Origin: an uncultured Chloroflexia bacterium
GTDB taxonomy: Bacteria > Chloroflexota > UBA6077 > JACCZL01
Direction of reading: 5' to 3'
Assembly (NCBI GenBank): GCA_963765765.1
Contig: CAVXYC010000015.1
Coordinates: 384,001 to 448,000, forward strand
DNA: 64,000 bases
The notes below the pieces were generated by a model, which ran no database searches, was not told the origin of the DNA, and worked only from the letters and a program-made list of their open reading frames with translations. Positions 1 through 9,667 of the stretch are shown here, piece by piece. A program made the translations under genes and the position numbers. Numbering within the stretch: position 1 is the first letter of the stretch; each line of letters starts with the position of its first letter.

Positions 1-473
1 TCACATTGATCTACACGCGCGAGCTGGGCAGTCAGCGTATCATGCGCCTGTTCCAGAGCCGCGGTTACATCTTCGGCGCTCTGGTACACGCAACCGAACT
101 TAGATGGCAGAATCGCGTGCGCCTCGTGGATGGAAGCGATTACTTCGTTGTGGCTGCGCACCATTGCTTCGAGCCATGCAGGATCGCGAAGTCGGGCCTC
201 GAAGGGCTCGGGGGCAAAGTCGGCCAGGTCTACTCGCCTCACGATAGCCGCGAGGTCACCACATCTCAGGATCTGTACCGACTCGTCATCGTCGATTGCA
301 TACCCGGACTCAACAGCTTCGCGTTTAGTGCTGCTGCCGAGAAGCTCCCGCGCTTCACCCTGATCAATCGGACGAACAATTCCGTAGAGGTACCAACCCG
401 AATCAGCGTCGACCAACTCTGAACGATTCTCAGCTCCAGGTTGGGTGGAAGCGACAGTACGAGAATCTGTCAC
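1..473 (-). CDS. gvpL: GvpL/GvpF family gas vesicle protein (runs off the window edge)
   Basis: Not in the ORF track. Manual translation from GTG 473, which overlaps the gvpG stop (GTGA): MTDSRTV...GWYLYGIVR...CGDLAAIVRRVDLADFAPEPFEARLRDPAWLEAMVRSHNEVIASIH...ILPSKFGCVY, the typical GvpL/F motif set. Confidence 0.85.
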   Translation of the reverse strand, partial: MTDSRTVASTQPGAENRSELVDADSGWYLYGIVRPIDQGEARELLGSSTKREAVESGYAIDDDESVQILRCGDLAAIVRRVDLADFAPEPFEARLRDPAWLEAMVRSHNEVIASIHEAHAILPSKFGCVYQSAEDVTAALEQAHDTLTAQLARVDQC

Positions 474-768
474 CGTTGCTCACTATCCTCATACGGATCA
501 TCCTGCTCGGAATCCTCTGTTGTCTCGGCTTCTCCGCTGGCGCGGATCGCATCCAACTGGTCCAGAATCTCCGTCTCCTGAGCAAGATAGTCCTCGTCAG
601 AGATCTCCCCCATGTCGTGTCGCAGACTGAGGTTCACGAGCTGGGCCTGTAGGCGGCTCTCGTCCATCATGTAGGCATCCGCCTCTGCCTGGATCTGCTC
701 GAGAATGAATTGGATGCCTCGGGCCGGGCCGTGATCGGAAGTAGAAGCAAGCCGGAAATCAGACCCAT
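470..768 (-). CDS. gvpG: Gas vesicle protein GvpG (1-nt frameshift near 730)
   Basis: ATG 768 gives MGLISGLLLLPIT. Restoring one G gives GPARGIQFILEQIQAEADAYMMDESRLQAQLVNL...GEISDEDYLAQETEILDQL, a classic GvpG. Confidence 0.85.
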
Positions 769-772
769 AGAA

Positions 773-1555
773 TTAATCTTCCCAGGTCACGCTGAGATTC
801 ACGAAGTTGTACGGAGGGAGTGGACCCACGTACCGGAAGATGAGCCGATCGGCCTGGCCTTCGTTGAGAGCTTGAACTGCAGAGTCGAAGGCCGGAACCC
901 GGTCTTTCTCCACCAGGAACGCCGCGTTCAGGATCATGGTCTCAGTGAGAATGCTGTTGAGTTGCGCCTCGACTGCCAACGGTTCGAGCGAGCTCAGCAT
1001 CCATTCGCTTTCCTGTTCTCGCTTGCGATTGAGCGCGGCCTCGGTGAGCTGGCCTAGCTGGATTCGATCGTATGTCCTCGCGTCGGGAGGAAGGGGGGCC
1101 AGTCTGTCGCGCAGCGCGCGGATATCGGCGTTTTCTTGAACGATCTCGGCGAAGACCTGCTCCCGATTCCAGAAGACCTTGAGACCCAGTTCGACGCAGC
1201 CACGGATACGCTCGAAGGAACTGTGGAGCTCGTCGAGCTCACGTTTCAGGAGCTTTTCTTGGACCTCGTCATCACTACTGGCCAGCGTTCCAAATGAAAC
1301 CGGGAGCACATCTGATCGAGTCATCGCTTCTTCGATCACCCGCTGGTGTGCCGCGAGGTTCTCCCGGCTGATTCGCGGCCGAAGCTCCCTCGAATCGCTC
1401 ACGATGGCTGCTAAGTCCTCATACTGTACGACCCGCAAAGCACTCTCTTGGCTACCGGCGTTTAGTGACGCAAGCATGTCGCTATCCGCGAGTGACTCGG
1501 CGTATCCCACGCAGTAGACATATGTGCTTGTGTTTCGCGACGGTTTTGGATTCAT
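773..1555 (-). CDS. gvpF: GvpL/GvpF family gas vesicle protein
   Basis: YVYCV, LAAIVSD, LAAHQRVIE, VLPVSFGT, MILNAAFLV, YVGPLPPYNFVNL motifs; GGAGG RBS before ATG 1555. Confidence 0.92.
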   Translation of the reverse strand: MNPKPSRNTSTYVYCVGYAESLADSDMLASLNAGSQESALRVVQYEDLAAIVSDSRELRPRISRENLAAHQRVIEEAMTRSDVLPVSFGTLASSDDEVQEKLLKRELDELHSSFERIRGCVELGLKVFWNREQVFAEIVQENADIRALRDRLAPLPPDARTYDRIQLGQLTEAALNRKREQESEWMLSSLEPLAVEAQLNSILTETMILNAAFLVEKDRVPAFDSAVQALNEGQADRLIFRYVGPLPPYNFVNLSVTWED

Positions 1556-1849
1556 TGAAGCCTCCGTCCGTCGGCGACCTTGCGGACTCATCGAGCTGAA
1601 CTCCAACGGCTATATTGGCACTCTCCACCCGGCGCTTGCGCGCCGATTGCGACAGTTCCCCAGTCCGGATCTCGCTGACTAGGATAGTGGCCAGCATGTC
1701 TCATGGTGCGCTGTCAGCACATGAACGCCGATAGTAGCCGTCTTTCCGGTAAGAGCCAGCAGTGCACCAATCACGTGGACACGCCGGCCGCCAGCCTCGG
1801 CTGTGCCGCTGGAGTGCAGACGCGAAAGGTCGAAGTCCAGCGACGGTAC

Positions 1850-1910
1850 GCACGTCAGCTTCTGGCCAGAGCGCGGCCTCCTTGCCGGCTCTGACCAGAA
1901 GCTGACGTGC
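1850..1910. terminator. 23-bp stem-loop just downstream of gvpA (mRNA stabiliser/attenuator or REP-derived)
   Basis: gcacgtcagcttctggccagagc-N15-gctctgaccagaagctgacgtgc, one mismatch. Confidence 0.6.
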
Positions 1911-1957
1911 AGCGCTATGGGAACGCTCTTCTCGGTTCGCGATTTGGCTGCGTTCGC

Positions 1958-2452
1958 TCACTCGCCATCCTCGGCGGGGTAGTAAAGCTGATGTTCCTCA
2001 TCCAGTCGGATGCTGTCATCCTCAGTGAGCTGATTGACGACCTCGCTCAACTCCCGACGCGGGACGTCGAAATATGCTTCCATTTCTCCGAGCCGAAGCC
2101 CTTCAGGGTGATCGGACACAAAGCCAAGAACATCATCTCCGGACGGCAGCTCTCGACGAGATTCTTGGTCGTCCCCACGGCCGCCTCCGCCCTGTCCCCG
2201 GCCGGGAGGAGGAGCGGCCAATGCAGTCAGTCCAATGGCCTCGGCATATCGCAGATACGTGTCAACTGAGGCGACAACAATTCGAGCTTCGATCGTCAGG
2301 AGCTCAATCCCGACTGCGGATATACGCACCCAGGCATCGATCACGATGCCCTTATCAAGAATGACGTCCAATACGTCTGCCAGGCTCGAGGAGCTTGGCC
2401 CTCGCTGCACTTGTCCTCGCTGCGCCGAGCCTCTGCTGTAGTCTAGTGCCAT
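1958..2452 (-). CDS. gvpA: Gas vesicle structural protein GvpA with C-terminal extra (winged-helix-like) domain
   Basis: [55 protein letters not shown] core, then a Pro/Gly linker and a ~60-aa domain. Confidence 0.95.
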   Translation of the reverse strand: MALDYSRGSAQRGQVQRGPSSSSLADVLDVILDKGIVIDAWVRISAVGIELLTIEARIVVASVDTYLRYAEAIGLTALAAPPPGRGQGGGGRGDDQESRRELPSGDDVLGFVSDHPEGLRLGEMEAYFDVPRRELSEVVNQLTEDDSIRLDEEHQLYYPAEDGE

Positions 2453-2803
2453 GTTTCGTCCCTTCTTTAGGTGGGGGTGCCCGCAACTGCACGATGCCGA
2501 CCAAGCTTCGTCGATCGGTATCGCCGAGACGGCTCAGGGTGCGACACCACGGTCCGATCTTGACGGATCGCAAACACAGGTGAGTCACTCATGGTCTTGT
2601 CGCGCTCCCCAGGGAATGCTGTGTCCCTTCTGGCGAGCACGTCATTCAAGCTCTTGGTAACCCCTCCAAACTTGCATAGATCACGGTACTTAGACAGATC
2701 GCGGTGACTCTACTACTAATTCTTTGATTATCTCATTGTGTTCGTAGATGGTTTTCCGTTCTGCCCCAATTGCCCTACCAAACCTCCGCCAAGGCTTGTA
2801 CAG

Positions 2804-2819
2804 CGCAAGTGATGTGCCG
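2804..2819 (-). promoter_or_regulatory. sigma54-type -24/-12 promoter motif upstream of gvpA
   Basis: CGGCAC-ATCAC-TTGCG on the minus strand (consensus TGGCAC-N5-TTGCW), ~350 nt before the gvpA ATG. Confidence 0.5.
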
Positions 2820-3019
2820 CGTGGACGCATTCTCGTCTCGGCTGATAAGACTCGCCGGACACCGATCCACCGGCGGTGAGCAGGATGTGCGAGTAGAGTC
2901 GCTGGGCCTCGAGAACAGACCGCCGATGGGACGATTTGGGAACGCGCCGTGCATCTCTGCGTCCCCCAGCGGCCCGCTGGGGGGGCGCAGACGGATTAGG
3001 AAACGGAGGCTGCGATTAT

Positions 3020-3175
3020 ATGTCCGGGGAGTTGCTAATCCGGTTCGTGGTTGGCGGGTTGGTGGTCTCCGCCTTCGCAGTAGTCGGCGACACGCTGAAG
3101 CCAAAGACCTTCGCCGGCCTCGTTGGCGGCGCCCCATCGGTCGCCCTCGCCACGCGCAGGTCATCAGTCAGATAG
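3020..3175 (+). pseudogene. Truncated DUF3147-like membrane protein
   Basis: GGAGG RBS then MSGELLIRFVVGGLVVSAFAVVGDTLKPKTFAGLVGGAPSVALAT; similarity ends after ~45 aa. Confidence 0.55.
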
Positions 3176-3656
3176 ACGCAACGCCTTCTTCATGCATCGA
3201 CCGTCGCACGATCCGGGCAAACGCGGCACCATCAAGAGAAATTTCTGGGCCTGCACATTCATAGAGGTAGCCGTGAGCCGTGAGAACGAGATGGCGACCA
3301 AGCGTGACCCGGCTGTAGCGGTCTCCGGCTCTTAACTCTTCCTTGGGGACGCTACACTGCCAGCATGAGGCGCCTCCGGGCCGCCAACAGGGCCCAGACG
3401 TGCACTGAGCGGAGAGCGGTGTGGTGCGGTGGGCGGGTTGCTCGGGCACCTTTATAGGGAGACATTGCACTGATGCGTTGCGCTCGTGCACTTATAGCCA
3501 ACAATTCCCACGCCAGCGACCATTGGGTTGTCACGACGTAGGCCTACCAGGAGTCTTACGATGCCACAGAGCGTTCATTCTGGACAGGTCACGCCTGTCC
3601 TCTCAACGGGCGCACAAGTCGAGACCTCCAGATCATTAGAGGTCGACCGAGGAGGC

Positions 3657-4402
3657 GTCTACAGCATTGCCAGTCAAAAAGGTGGAACCGGAAAAGCTCC
3701 ACCAGTATATCGCTGGCCGCCGGCCTAGCCCGGCGTGGCGATCGAGTTCTGCTGGTGGATATTGACAGCCAGGCTAACTCAAGTAAGGTCCTCGTTCAGG
3801 ATTACCAGCAGCTAACGAAGGACGATACGATTTACGTTACGATTCTGGAGCGTAAATCTCTGCCTATACACTCAACAAATGTCGAAAATTTGGACATTGT
3901 TCCCAGTCATATACTTTTGTCACAAACGGACATTGCGCTGACCGCGGCCATCGATCATAGAGAGTCCAGGTTACGCAATGCGTTGGAGCAAGTTAAGTCG
4001 GATTATCAATACATAATTATCGACTGCCCTCCGGCCTTATCGTGGCTGACTATTAATGCATTCACGGCTAGCGACTTCGTGATAGCCGTCATTAGTCCTG
4101 GATATTTTGAACTGGAGTCAACGCTTCAGATAGTAAAGACGATAGACGACGTGCGGGAATTTTTTAACTCAGCACTTGAGTTGAGGGGTTTTCTCTTCAC
4201 CATGAGTGACACAACGATCAACAGCAGGAACTCGCTCGAGCTACTTCAGCGAACTTACCCGGAGCATGTTCTGAAGGCTGTTATTCCCCGAAACGTTGAT
4301 CTGAAGGATGCAAGTATGGCTAAGCAAGATATCTTTGCTTACGATCCCAACTCGAAGGCGGCGCTGGCCTATGCCGACCTCATGCAAGAGGTGTTCTCGT
4401 GA
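3657..4402 (+). CDS. parA: ParA/Soj family ATPase (frameshift in A-run near 3697; start uncertain, possibly ATG 3561)
   Basis: Deviant Walker A VYSIASQKGGTGK, RVLLVDIDSQAN, IIIDCPP, VIPRNVDLKDA; markedly lower GC than flanks. Confidence 0.9.
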
Positions 4403-5409
4403 GTAGAAGGAAAAAGATGGACGTGGACGCGCTCGCTGACGAGATGAGTGCCGTCGCGAGCTTCGCAAGGAGCACTCTAACGGCCCCAGACACGAGCGCC
4501 GCGGGATTGAAATGGGGAGCGGGGGCGACCTCTTCCTGCCCGACCCAGGCTCGGGAACGTCGTACGGTCCTTGACGGCAAGTACGAGCTGGCTGTTGGAT
4601 GGGCAAGCGAGCCGGTAATCCAGGGCCAGCAGAATGCGGCATGTATTCACGTGCAGCGGGCCGAAAGCGGCTTATCCGAACCCGTGGATGGGGTCGAGGA
4701 GTCATTGCGGGTCCGTCTATGCCAGGGAGGCGAGTCGCGGGAGTTCCCTATCCACCGGGTCCCGGAAAAGCAGGGCGAGTACGCTGCGCGCTTCGTACCC
4801 GCACGGGCCGGCGAGTACCGGTTTGTTTTCGTAGGCAGTATCGAAGGACACCCGGTTGACGAGACTTTCGACGGAACCGACGGCCAGTTCGGTAGCGTGG
4901 AGCCGGCCCTCAATATGCAGTTCCCCTCTGACATCGTCGAGTTGACCCAGGCTGACGCGCCCGTACATCAGGACCAGCCGTCTCTGCAGTCAACTCGCTT
5001 GCTCGCCGCGGCCGGGCTCAGCGCCGGGTTTCTAGGAATACTTGGAGCGATCGCCAATTGGCGCGCGCACAGTGGTCGAGCATCCCAGAACGAAACCGCG
5101 ATGAGAACAACACCGAGTGACAATTGGGGGCCACAGGCTCCCGTGACGACGGTCGGTGACGGTGCTACGGCTGAGACGATCGACCAGGACTTCGGGCCGG
5201 CTCTCCAGGAGCAGATCGATCTGGCCTTACGGCCTCTCGTGGCGGAGTTTCGGCAAGAGATTGCCCGGTCAGTACGAGAACAAACGGAACAGGCCTTTAT
5301 CCTGTCGCAGGGAGGTGGTGCTCCAAAGGACCCGTTAGGGCGCACCCTGTCTGTCATCGCGAACCCTGGGTATCCGGCGATCGATCGTTCACCAAGCTAC
5401 GCTCAATAG
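4399..5409 (+). CDS. Chimeric hypothetical protein: ParA-partner-like N-terminus, beta-rich Ig-like domain, TM helix, amphipathic helix
   Basis: GTGA overlap with parA; KYELAVGWASEP...GEYAARFVPARAGEYRFVFVGSIEG; TM LLAAAGLSAGFLGILGAIA. Confidence 0.6.
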   Translation: MSRRKKMDVDALADEMSAVASFARSTLTAPDTSAAGLKWGAGATSSCPTQARERRTVLDGKYELAVGWASEPVIQGQQNAACIHVQRAESGLSEPVDGVEESLRVRLCQGGESREFPIHRVPEKQGEYAARFVPARAGEYRFVFVGSIEGHPVDETFDGTDGQFGSVEPALNMQFPSDIVELTQADAPVHQDQPSLQSTRLLAAAGLSAGFLGILGAIANWRAHSGRASQNETAMRTTPSDNWGPQAPVTTVGDGATAETIDQDFGPALQEQIDLALRPLVAEFRQEIARSVREQTEQAFILSQGGGAPKDPLGRTLSVIANPGYPAIDRSPSYAQ

Positions 5410-5546
5410 GCGCGCCATACTGAGAGTCTCCGCGGCATCGCCGCACTTTTCGGACGTCAACTACGACCGCGGATCCGGCGGGTGTGGAAGTCTGTGCTCG
5501 GACGGCAAATTGGTGTCCGGGCGCACGGGTAGCACAGCCATAGTGA

Positions 5547-5888
5547 ATGTGGACGGGCGTAAACCGAGGGGCGTATCGTAAGAGTATGGAAGCACCTGAA
5601 CATGGGCTACTCAGGGCCGTTGCGAAGTTCCTCAGTGACTACTGCGGCGAGGACGCCCTTCACCGGTGGCAGGAGAAGCTCTCCGATGCTGAGCGGGAGC
5701 AACTTGCTCGGATGCCGGATCCGATCAGGGGGACGTGGGACTATGTCGTCGCAGCAATGAGAGACGTAGTACGGACACTCACCACACTCCTGGTTCACCT
5801 CCAGCGAGTGATCTCGCAAGCGTTGGCGTCCGCATGGGCCAGCATTATTGGCCCTGATGCCAGGTTGTTTGGCGGTGAAGCGTTCTAA
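5547..5888 (+). CDS. Hypothetical protein with amphipathic C-terminal helix
   Basis: 113-aa ORF; C-terminal helix resembles a segment of 10022-10729. Confidence 0.45.
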   Translation: MWTGVNRGAYRKSMEAPEHGLLRAVAKFLSDYCGEDALHRWQEKLSDAEREQLARMPDPIRGTWDYVVAAMRDVVRTLTTLLVHLQRVISQALASAWASIIGPDARLFGGEAF

Positions 5889-6131
5889 GTGGCGGCTGGG
5901 CTGCGTGGCGACGTTGAGGGACACGGTAGCCGCGAAAGACTTCCTCTCGCCGCCTGCGGATTCGGTCGCAACTAGCACTGACGTTTAAACTGCCTAAGCT
6001 CGCCCGGACTGGCGACATCAATCGCTTGGTGCCGCGCTCAAAACCCCCCGCGCTTGAGTATGGTTCCACGAGAGCAGCACCGGGATCCTGGTGACGAATA
6101 ACTGCATCCGGGTGAGAAGCAACGGCGTATA

Positions 6132-6170
6132 GTTGGGCCGCCAGAGCAGACCCTGCTCTGGCGGCCCAAC
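6132..6170. terminator. Perfect 18-bp stem-loop downstream of the TM-helix gene
   Basis: gttgggccgccagagcag-acc-ctgctctggcggcccaac, 30 nt after the stop at 6200. Confidence 0.65.
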
Positions 6171-6199
6171 CGAACCGCTAATACCCTACACGGCCTGGA

Positions 6200-7819
6200 T
6201 CAGACCGCGCCGGGCGGAGGCGAGCTCGGTGGGGGAGGCGGTGAAGGCGGGCGCGGCGCCGCGCGGCGAGCCTCAATCTCCAGAGCCCAGCGCTCCAGTT
6301 GCCGCCCTGCAATTTCGCGTCCACCGAACCCGAAGGCGATTGCCGTTGCCACGGCGATCGCACCGAGCATCAGGCCAAATGCGAGGTTGACGATCTCGTT
6401 AGCCAGGCCCATCTGCCGTAGGGCCATCGCCCCGGCGAGCACAAGGATTGCTGACTTGGCCGCCAGTGCGAGCAGCTCCGCGTTCGTAGTCCCGCTGGAG
6501 CGGATCAGGTCGGCGGCGACGTTCGCCAGATAGAGTCCGACAGCGAAGATGATCAGCCCGAGCACAATCTGGCCACCGAGCTGAATGATGCCGGCGAGCA
6601 AATCTGCCAAAACCAGGAACCCCAGCAGGCGCAGCGCTTCAACGGTAGCGAACAGCATAACCGCCAAGAGCACGAGCGTACCCACGAGCTCTGAGGGCCT
6701 GCGCCTCCCCACTGTAGGTGTGCCGCTGGTCATGCCCAGGCGCACGGGCAGAAAGTCGAAACCGACGCCTGCCAGGAGGCTTGCAACAAGGCCGGAAACA
6801 AGTCTGGCGACTACGTAAGAAATCAGCAGCAGGACTGCCGCGGCGAATATATTCGGGACTGCGGCGAGGAACGTGTTGAGCATGTTCGTCGCCGGGCGGC
6901 TGATCGCCTCGATGGCGAGCGCATTCAGGGCCGAGATGATGACCGGCACGAGGATGAAGATGAACAGCACCAGTCCGATGAGCCCGGAAAGTGTCTGGCC
7001 GCCCATCACCCGGGTGAGCCCGACCTGATCGCCGAGGCGGTCGACCCCGGCGGCGGCTAGCAGCCCCGTTACGATCCGTCGGACGATTCGTGCGATGAAC
7101 CAGCCGATGAGCAGGATGAGTCCCGCCGCCACGATATTGGGCAAATAAGCGAAGATTCGATTGAGCATCTCCAGCACGGGCGTCAGGATTCCGCCAAGCT
7201 CAAGCGTGCCCAGGATTGCAGGTAGGAACATCAGGAAGACGAGCCAGTACACCACGTCACCCAGCGTGTCTGCGAGCGAGACTCGGCCCCCTGCTTCTGA
7301 CCGCGTAGCAACCGCCGGTTCGGTCTCAGCGGCGGGGTGATTTGAAGGGCGCACCTCTTCCTCGTCGCCGACCATGCCGCCAAGGCGGCGCTCGATCCCC
7401 GACCGGCCCAGGACCGCCGTGACGATGTGCCGGAGAATCGTCGCGAGGATCCACGCCAGCGCGAGCAAGATCGCTGCCGCGATCAACCGCGGCAGGAACG
7501 CCAGCATGATACCGAGCATCTCGTTAAGCGACTGCGACAGGAACGTAAGATTGAGGGTCTGGAGGAAGCCGATCAGTACGAAGAGCATGATCAGCCAGAA
7601 AACAAGGCTTCCGACCATTCGCTCCGCCCCGACCCCTGAGGTTCCCATGGTACGGCCCAGGCGGTTGTCTAGATCGGTGCGGCGTAGAGCGGCTTTTACC
7701 AGGCTCGAAACGACGGCTGCGATAATCCAGCCGACGACCAGCACCAGCAGCGCCGTCAAGATTGTCAGCAGATACGTGCCTATGAGTCGGACGTTGTTCT
7801 CGTCCAGAACTGTCTGCAT
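6200..7819 (-). CDS. Conserved TM-helix repeat protein (CmpX/MscS-associated)
   Basis: Repeated (F/Y)LPxIxAAxxLLxxxW(F/I)IAR units, ending LAFGLMLGAIAVATAIAFGFGGREIAGRQLERW; GGAGG RBS. Confidence 0.88.
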   Translation of the reverse strand: MQTVLDENNVRLIGTYLLTILTALLVLVVGWIIAAVVSSLVKAALRRTDLDNRLGRTMGTSGVGAERMVGSLVFWLIMLFVLIGFLQTLNLTFLSQSLNEMLGIMLAFLPRLIAAAILLALAWILATILRHIVTAVLGRSGIERRLGGMVGDEEEVRPSNHPAAETEPAVATRSEAGGRVSLADTLGDVVYWLVFLMFLPAILGTLELGGILTPVLEMLNRIFAYLPNIVAAGLILLIGWFIARIVRRIVTGLLAAAGVDRLGDQVGLTRVMGGQTLSGLIGLVLFIFILVPVIISALNALAIEAISRPATNMLNTFLAAVPNIFAAAVLLLISYVVARLVSGLVASLLAGVGFDFLPVRLGMTSGTPTVGRRRPSELVGTLVLLAVMLFATVEALRLLGFLVLADLLAGIIQLGGQIVLGLIIFAVGLYLANVAADLIRSSGTTNAELLALAAKSAILVLAGAMALRQMGLANEIVNLAFGLMLGAIAVATAIAFGFGGREIAGRQLERWALEIEARRAAPRPPSPPPPPSSPPPGAV

Positions 7820-7874
7820 GGCCAGAACCTCCGCAACGCCGCTCTCTTACTTCGAGGCGGCGGTCGAATGCGAA

Positions 7875-7890
7875 GGCATAAAGTGTGCCA
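7875..7890 (-). promoter_or_regulatory. sigma54-type promoter motif for 6200-7819
   Basis: TGGCAC-ACTTT-ATGCC, ~55 nt upstream of the ATG. Confidence 0.5.
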
Positions 7891-8085
7891 ATTCCACTTG
7901 ACAGAACACTACGACGCCGGCCAACCCTGTGATGCGACTAGAAACACGAATGCTGGTTGTAACAGGCGCGTCACTTCGCGAGGGCCGGCGGCGCTTATCA
8001 GATCTTAATCCGCACTATTATTGATGTCGATCCGAACTTTTTCGGTATTTCCCTGAGTCGTTTAGAGGTCCACAAAGCGATTCAG

Positions 8086-8101
8086 TGCAAGACCCGGGCC
8101 A
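8086..8101 (-). promoter_or_regulatory. Second sigma54-type motif upstream of 6200-7819
   Basis: TGGCCC-GGGTC-TTGCA. Confidence 0.4.
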
Positions 8102-8196
8102 CCGTGGGGCGACTAAAGCCCGTGAAGATCGGCCGCCTGCCACTCGTCGCCCCTTGACACGCTGACGGCTCAAGGCAGTTTATCGTGGTTCGAACG

Positions 8197-8243
8197 TCTC
8201 GCCAATGCGCGGCCGTACCGAATGATGCCGCGCATTGGCGAGA
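8197..8243. terminator. 17-bp stem-loop downstream of the GlsB/YeaQ/YmgE gene
   Basis: tctcgccaatgcgcggc-N13-gccgcgcattggcgaga. Confidence 0.65.
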
Positions 8244-8261
8244 TAGAACAGCTGAGATTTA

Positions 8262-8525
8262 CTAACGTTCGAATGGCTGTTTACCGGGAAGCGCCCGAAG
8301 GATTAACAGGAATACAAGCGCTCCTAGAAATGCAACACCGATGCTTATCGGATTGAAGCCCGCCGTATCCAGGCCGAAAAACGTACTTGCTAAGAACCCT
8401 CCGAGCAGAGAACCAATGATACCAACAACGATGTTCCCCAAAATGCCGAAGCCTCGGCCGCCCATCATCATACCGGCTAACCAACCGGCGATCAGACCTA
8501 CTACGATCCAAGCAACGAAACCCAT
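8262..8525 (-). CDS. GlsB/YeaQ/YmgE family stress response membrane protein
   Basis: MGFVAWIVVGLIAGWLAG...GILGNIVVGIIGSLLGGFL...AFLGALVFL; GGAGGT RBS. Confidence 0.93.
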   Translation of the reverse strand: MGFVAWIVVGLIAGWLAGMMMGGRGFGILGNIVVGIIGSLLGGFLASTFFGLDTAGFNPISIGVAFLGALVFLLILRALPGKQPFER

Positions 8526-8590
8526 ACTAGTACCTCCCATGCACTGTTTTTCCTGAACCATCGTGGCTCAAGTGTCTCTGTAAATACCTA

Positions 8591-8606
8591 CGCAAATCGC
8601 ATGCCG
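8591..8606 (-). promoter_or_regulatory. sigma54-type promoter motif for GlsB/YeaQ/YmgE gene
   Basis: CGGCAT-GCGAT-TTGCG, ~65 nt upstream of ATG 8525. Confidence 0.5.
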
Positions 8607-9080
8607 CAAACTGCATGTCATAATATGAGGAAGGCTTCAGGTCTCCTTTAGTGTCAGTCGTGCTTCGAACTGATGTCCATTGCCAAATGCAAAACGGCGG
8701 CTCGGCAATCCTTCGGCGCACTTATGCTGTTCATACCAGCGGCAGAGCTGTATGCGCAGAGCTGTATATTGGCCTGCTCCATCCCAACCTGCTTGCTGCT
8801 AAGGACGTCATGTGGCGTGCGCCGTGACCCGTGGCCAAGCGCGCGGCCCGATGGTGAGGGCTGCCGCCTTGACCCGAGCCGCTCATTCGTCAAACCGAGC
8901 TTCTCACTGCCGCAGCACTGCTTCGGTTACTTCGTACTCGCCGGGTGAACCAAAAGCTCTTCTGAGACTCGTGCCGTTGCACTGAGCGTTCGACTCGCAA
9001 GTAACGATCTTCGAATCGACGGCTGGGCCTACTGAATCGAGCGCTAAAGCGGGACATTCAGGCTGGAGCTTCGATCCTGA

Positions 9081-9096
9081 TGGTAAACTGATTGCA
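9081..9096 (+). promoter_or_regulatory. sigma54-type promoter motif for 9134-9667
   Basis: TGGTAA-ACTGA-TTGCA, ~38 nt upstream of the ATG and just before the GGAGG RBS. Confidence 0.5.
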
Positions 9097-9133
9097 GAAC
9101 CTTCCATATCCAGGCGAGAGCCGGAGGCGGTAG

Positions 9134-9667
9134 ATGGACGAGTTCGGGCAGGAAATTGCGCGCCGCGCACAGGCCGCGTCAGAAGCGTACCAGCGCCGAC
9201 GCCGCAGGCCCCAGCAGCGCCGCGAAAATGCGCGCGCCGTATTATCAGAGGTACGACGCCGATTCGTATGCGCGGCCTTAGCGGCGGACGGCCGACTTAA
9301 GGTGCATTACCTTGACAGCTCCCGCGAAGACCGGGCGGTGGGATACGCCCTTTCTTGGTCCGAGTGCCGGCCGCACCGGGATTTATGTGTGCGGTTAGAC
9401 GAGGTCCGTGAAGAGCTTCAGTGGGAGCTCGCATCGACTGATCTGAGACTTTCGCAACGGGGTAGCGCGCGTACGCGGGAATTTGCCCCAGAGCTACTCC
9501 TTGATCGGTTGATCTACGCCTTGCTGGACCAAGAAACCTGGCAAAGGTCGATCCTCCCGAAGATCCCGCTGGACAATGCCGGAGCATTCGTGGAAGACCG
9601 AGCCATTGATGGATCGACCGGGATTGTTTCTGCGGAGGTGGCCGCGGCGGTCGATCAGACGCGTTAA
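9134..9667 (+). CDS. Hypothetical protein
   Basis: 177-aa ORF with GGAGG RBS; no family recognised. Confidence 0.6.
   Translation: MDEFGQEIARRAQAASEAYQRRRRRPQQRRENARAVLSEVRRRFVCAALAADGRLKVHYLDSSREDRAVGYALSWSECRPHRDLCVRLDEVREELQWELASTDLRLSQRGSARTREFAPELLLDRLIYALLDQETWQRSILPKIPLDNAGAFVEDRAIDGSTGIVSAEVAAAVDQTR

Noticed and set aside
6-422. 138-aa plus-strand ORF in the track
   Set aside because: Shadow of the minus-strand gvpL, which has clear family motifs.
1701-1961. 86-aa ORF overlapping the gvpA stop as a possible gvp gene
   Set aside because: No Gvp motif, reads through the hairpin, atypical composition.
2761-2786. Possible sigmaB-like promoter (GTTT-N13-GGGCAG) upstream of gvpA
   Set aside because: Weak match, and not seen upstream of the other stress genes, unlike the sigma54-type motif.
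6132-6170. Hairpin with GTTGGGC/GCCCAAC ends resembling an integron attC site
   Set aside because: Core sites are in the wrong order, it is only 39 bp with no extrahelical bases, and no integrase is present.
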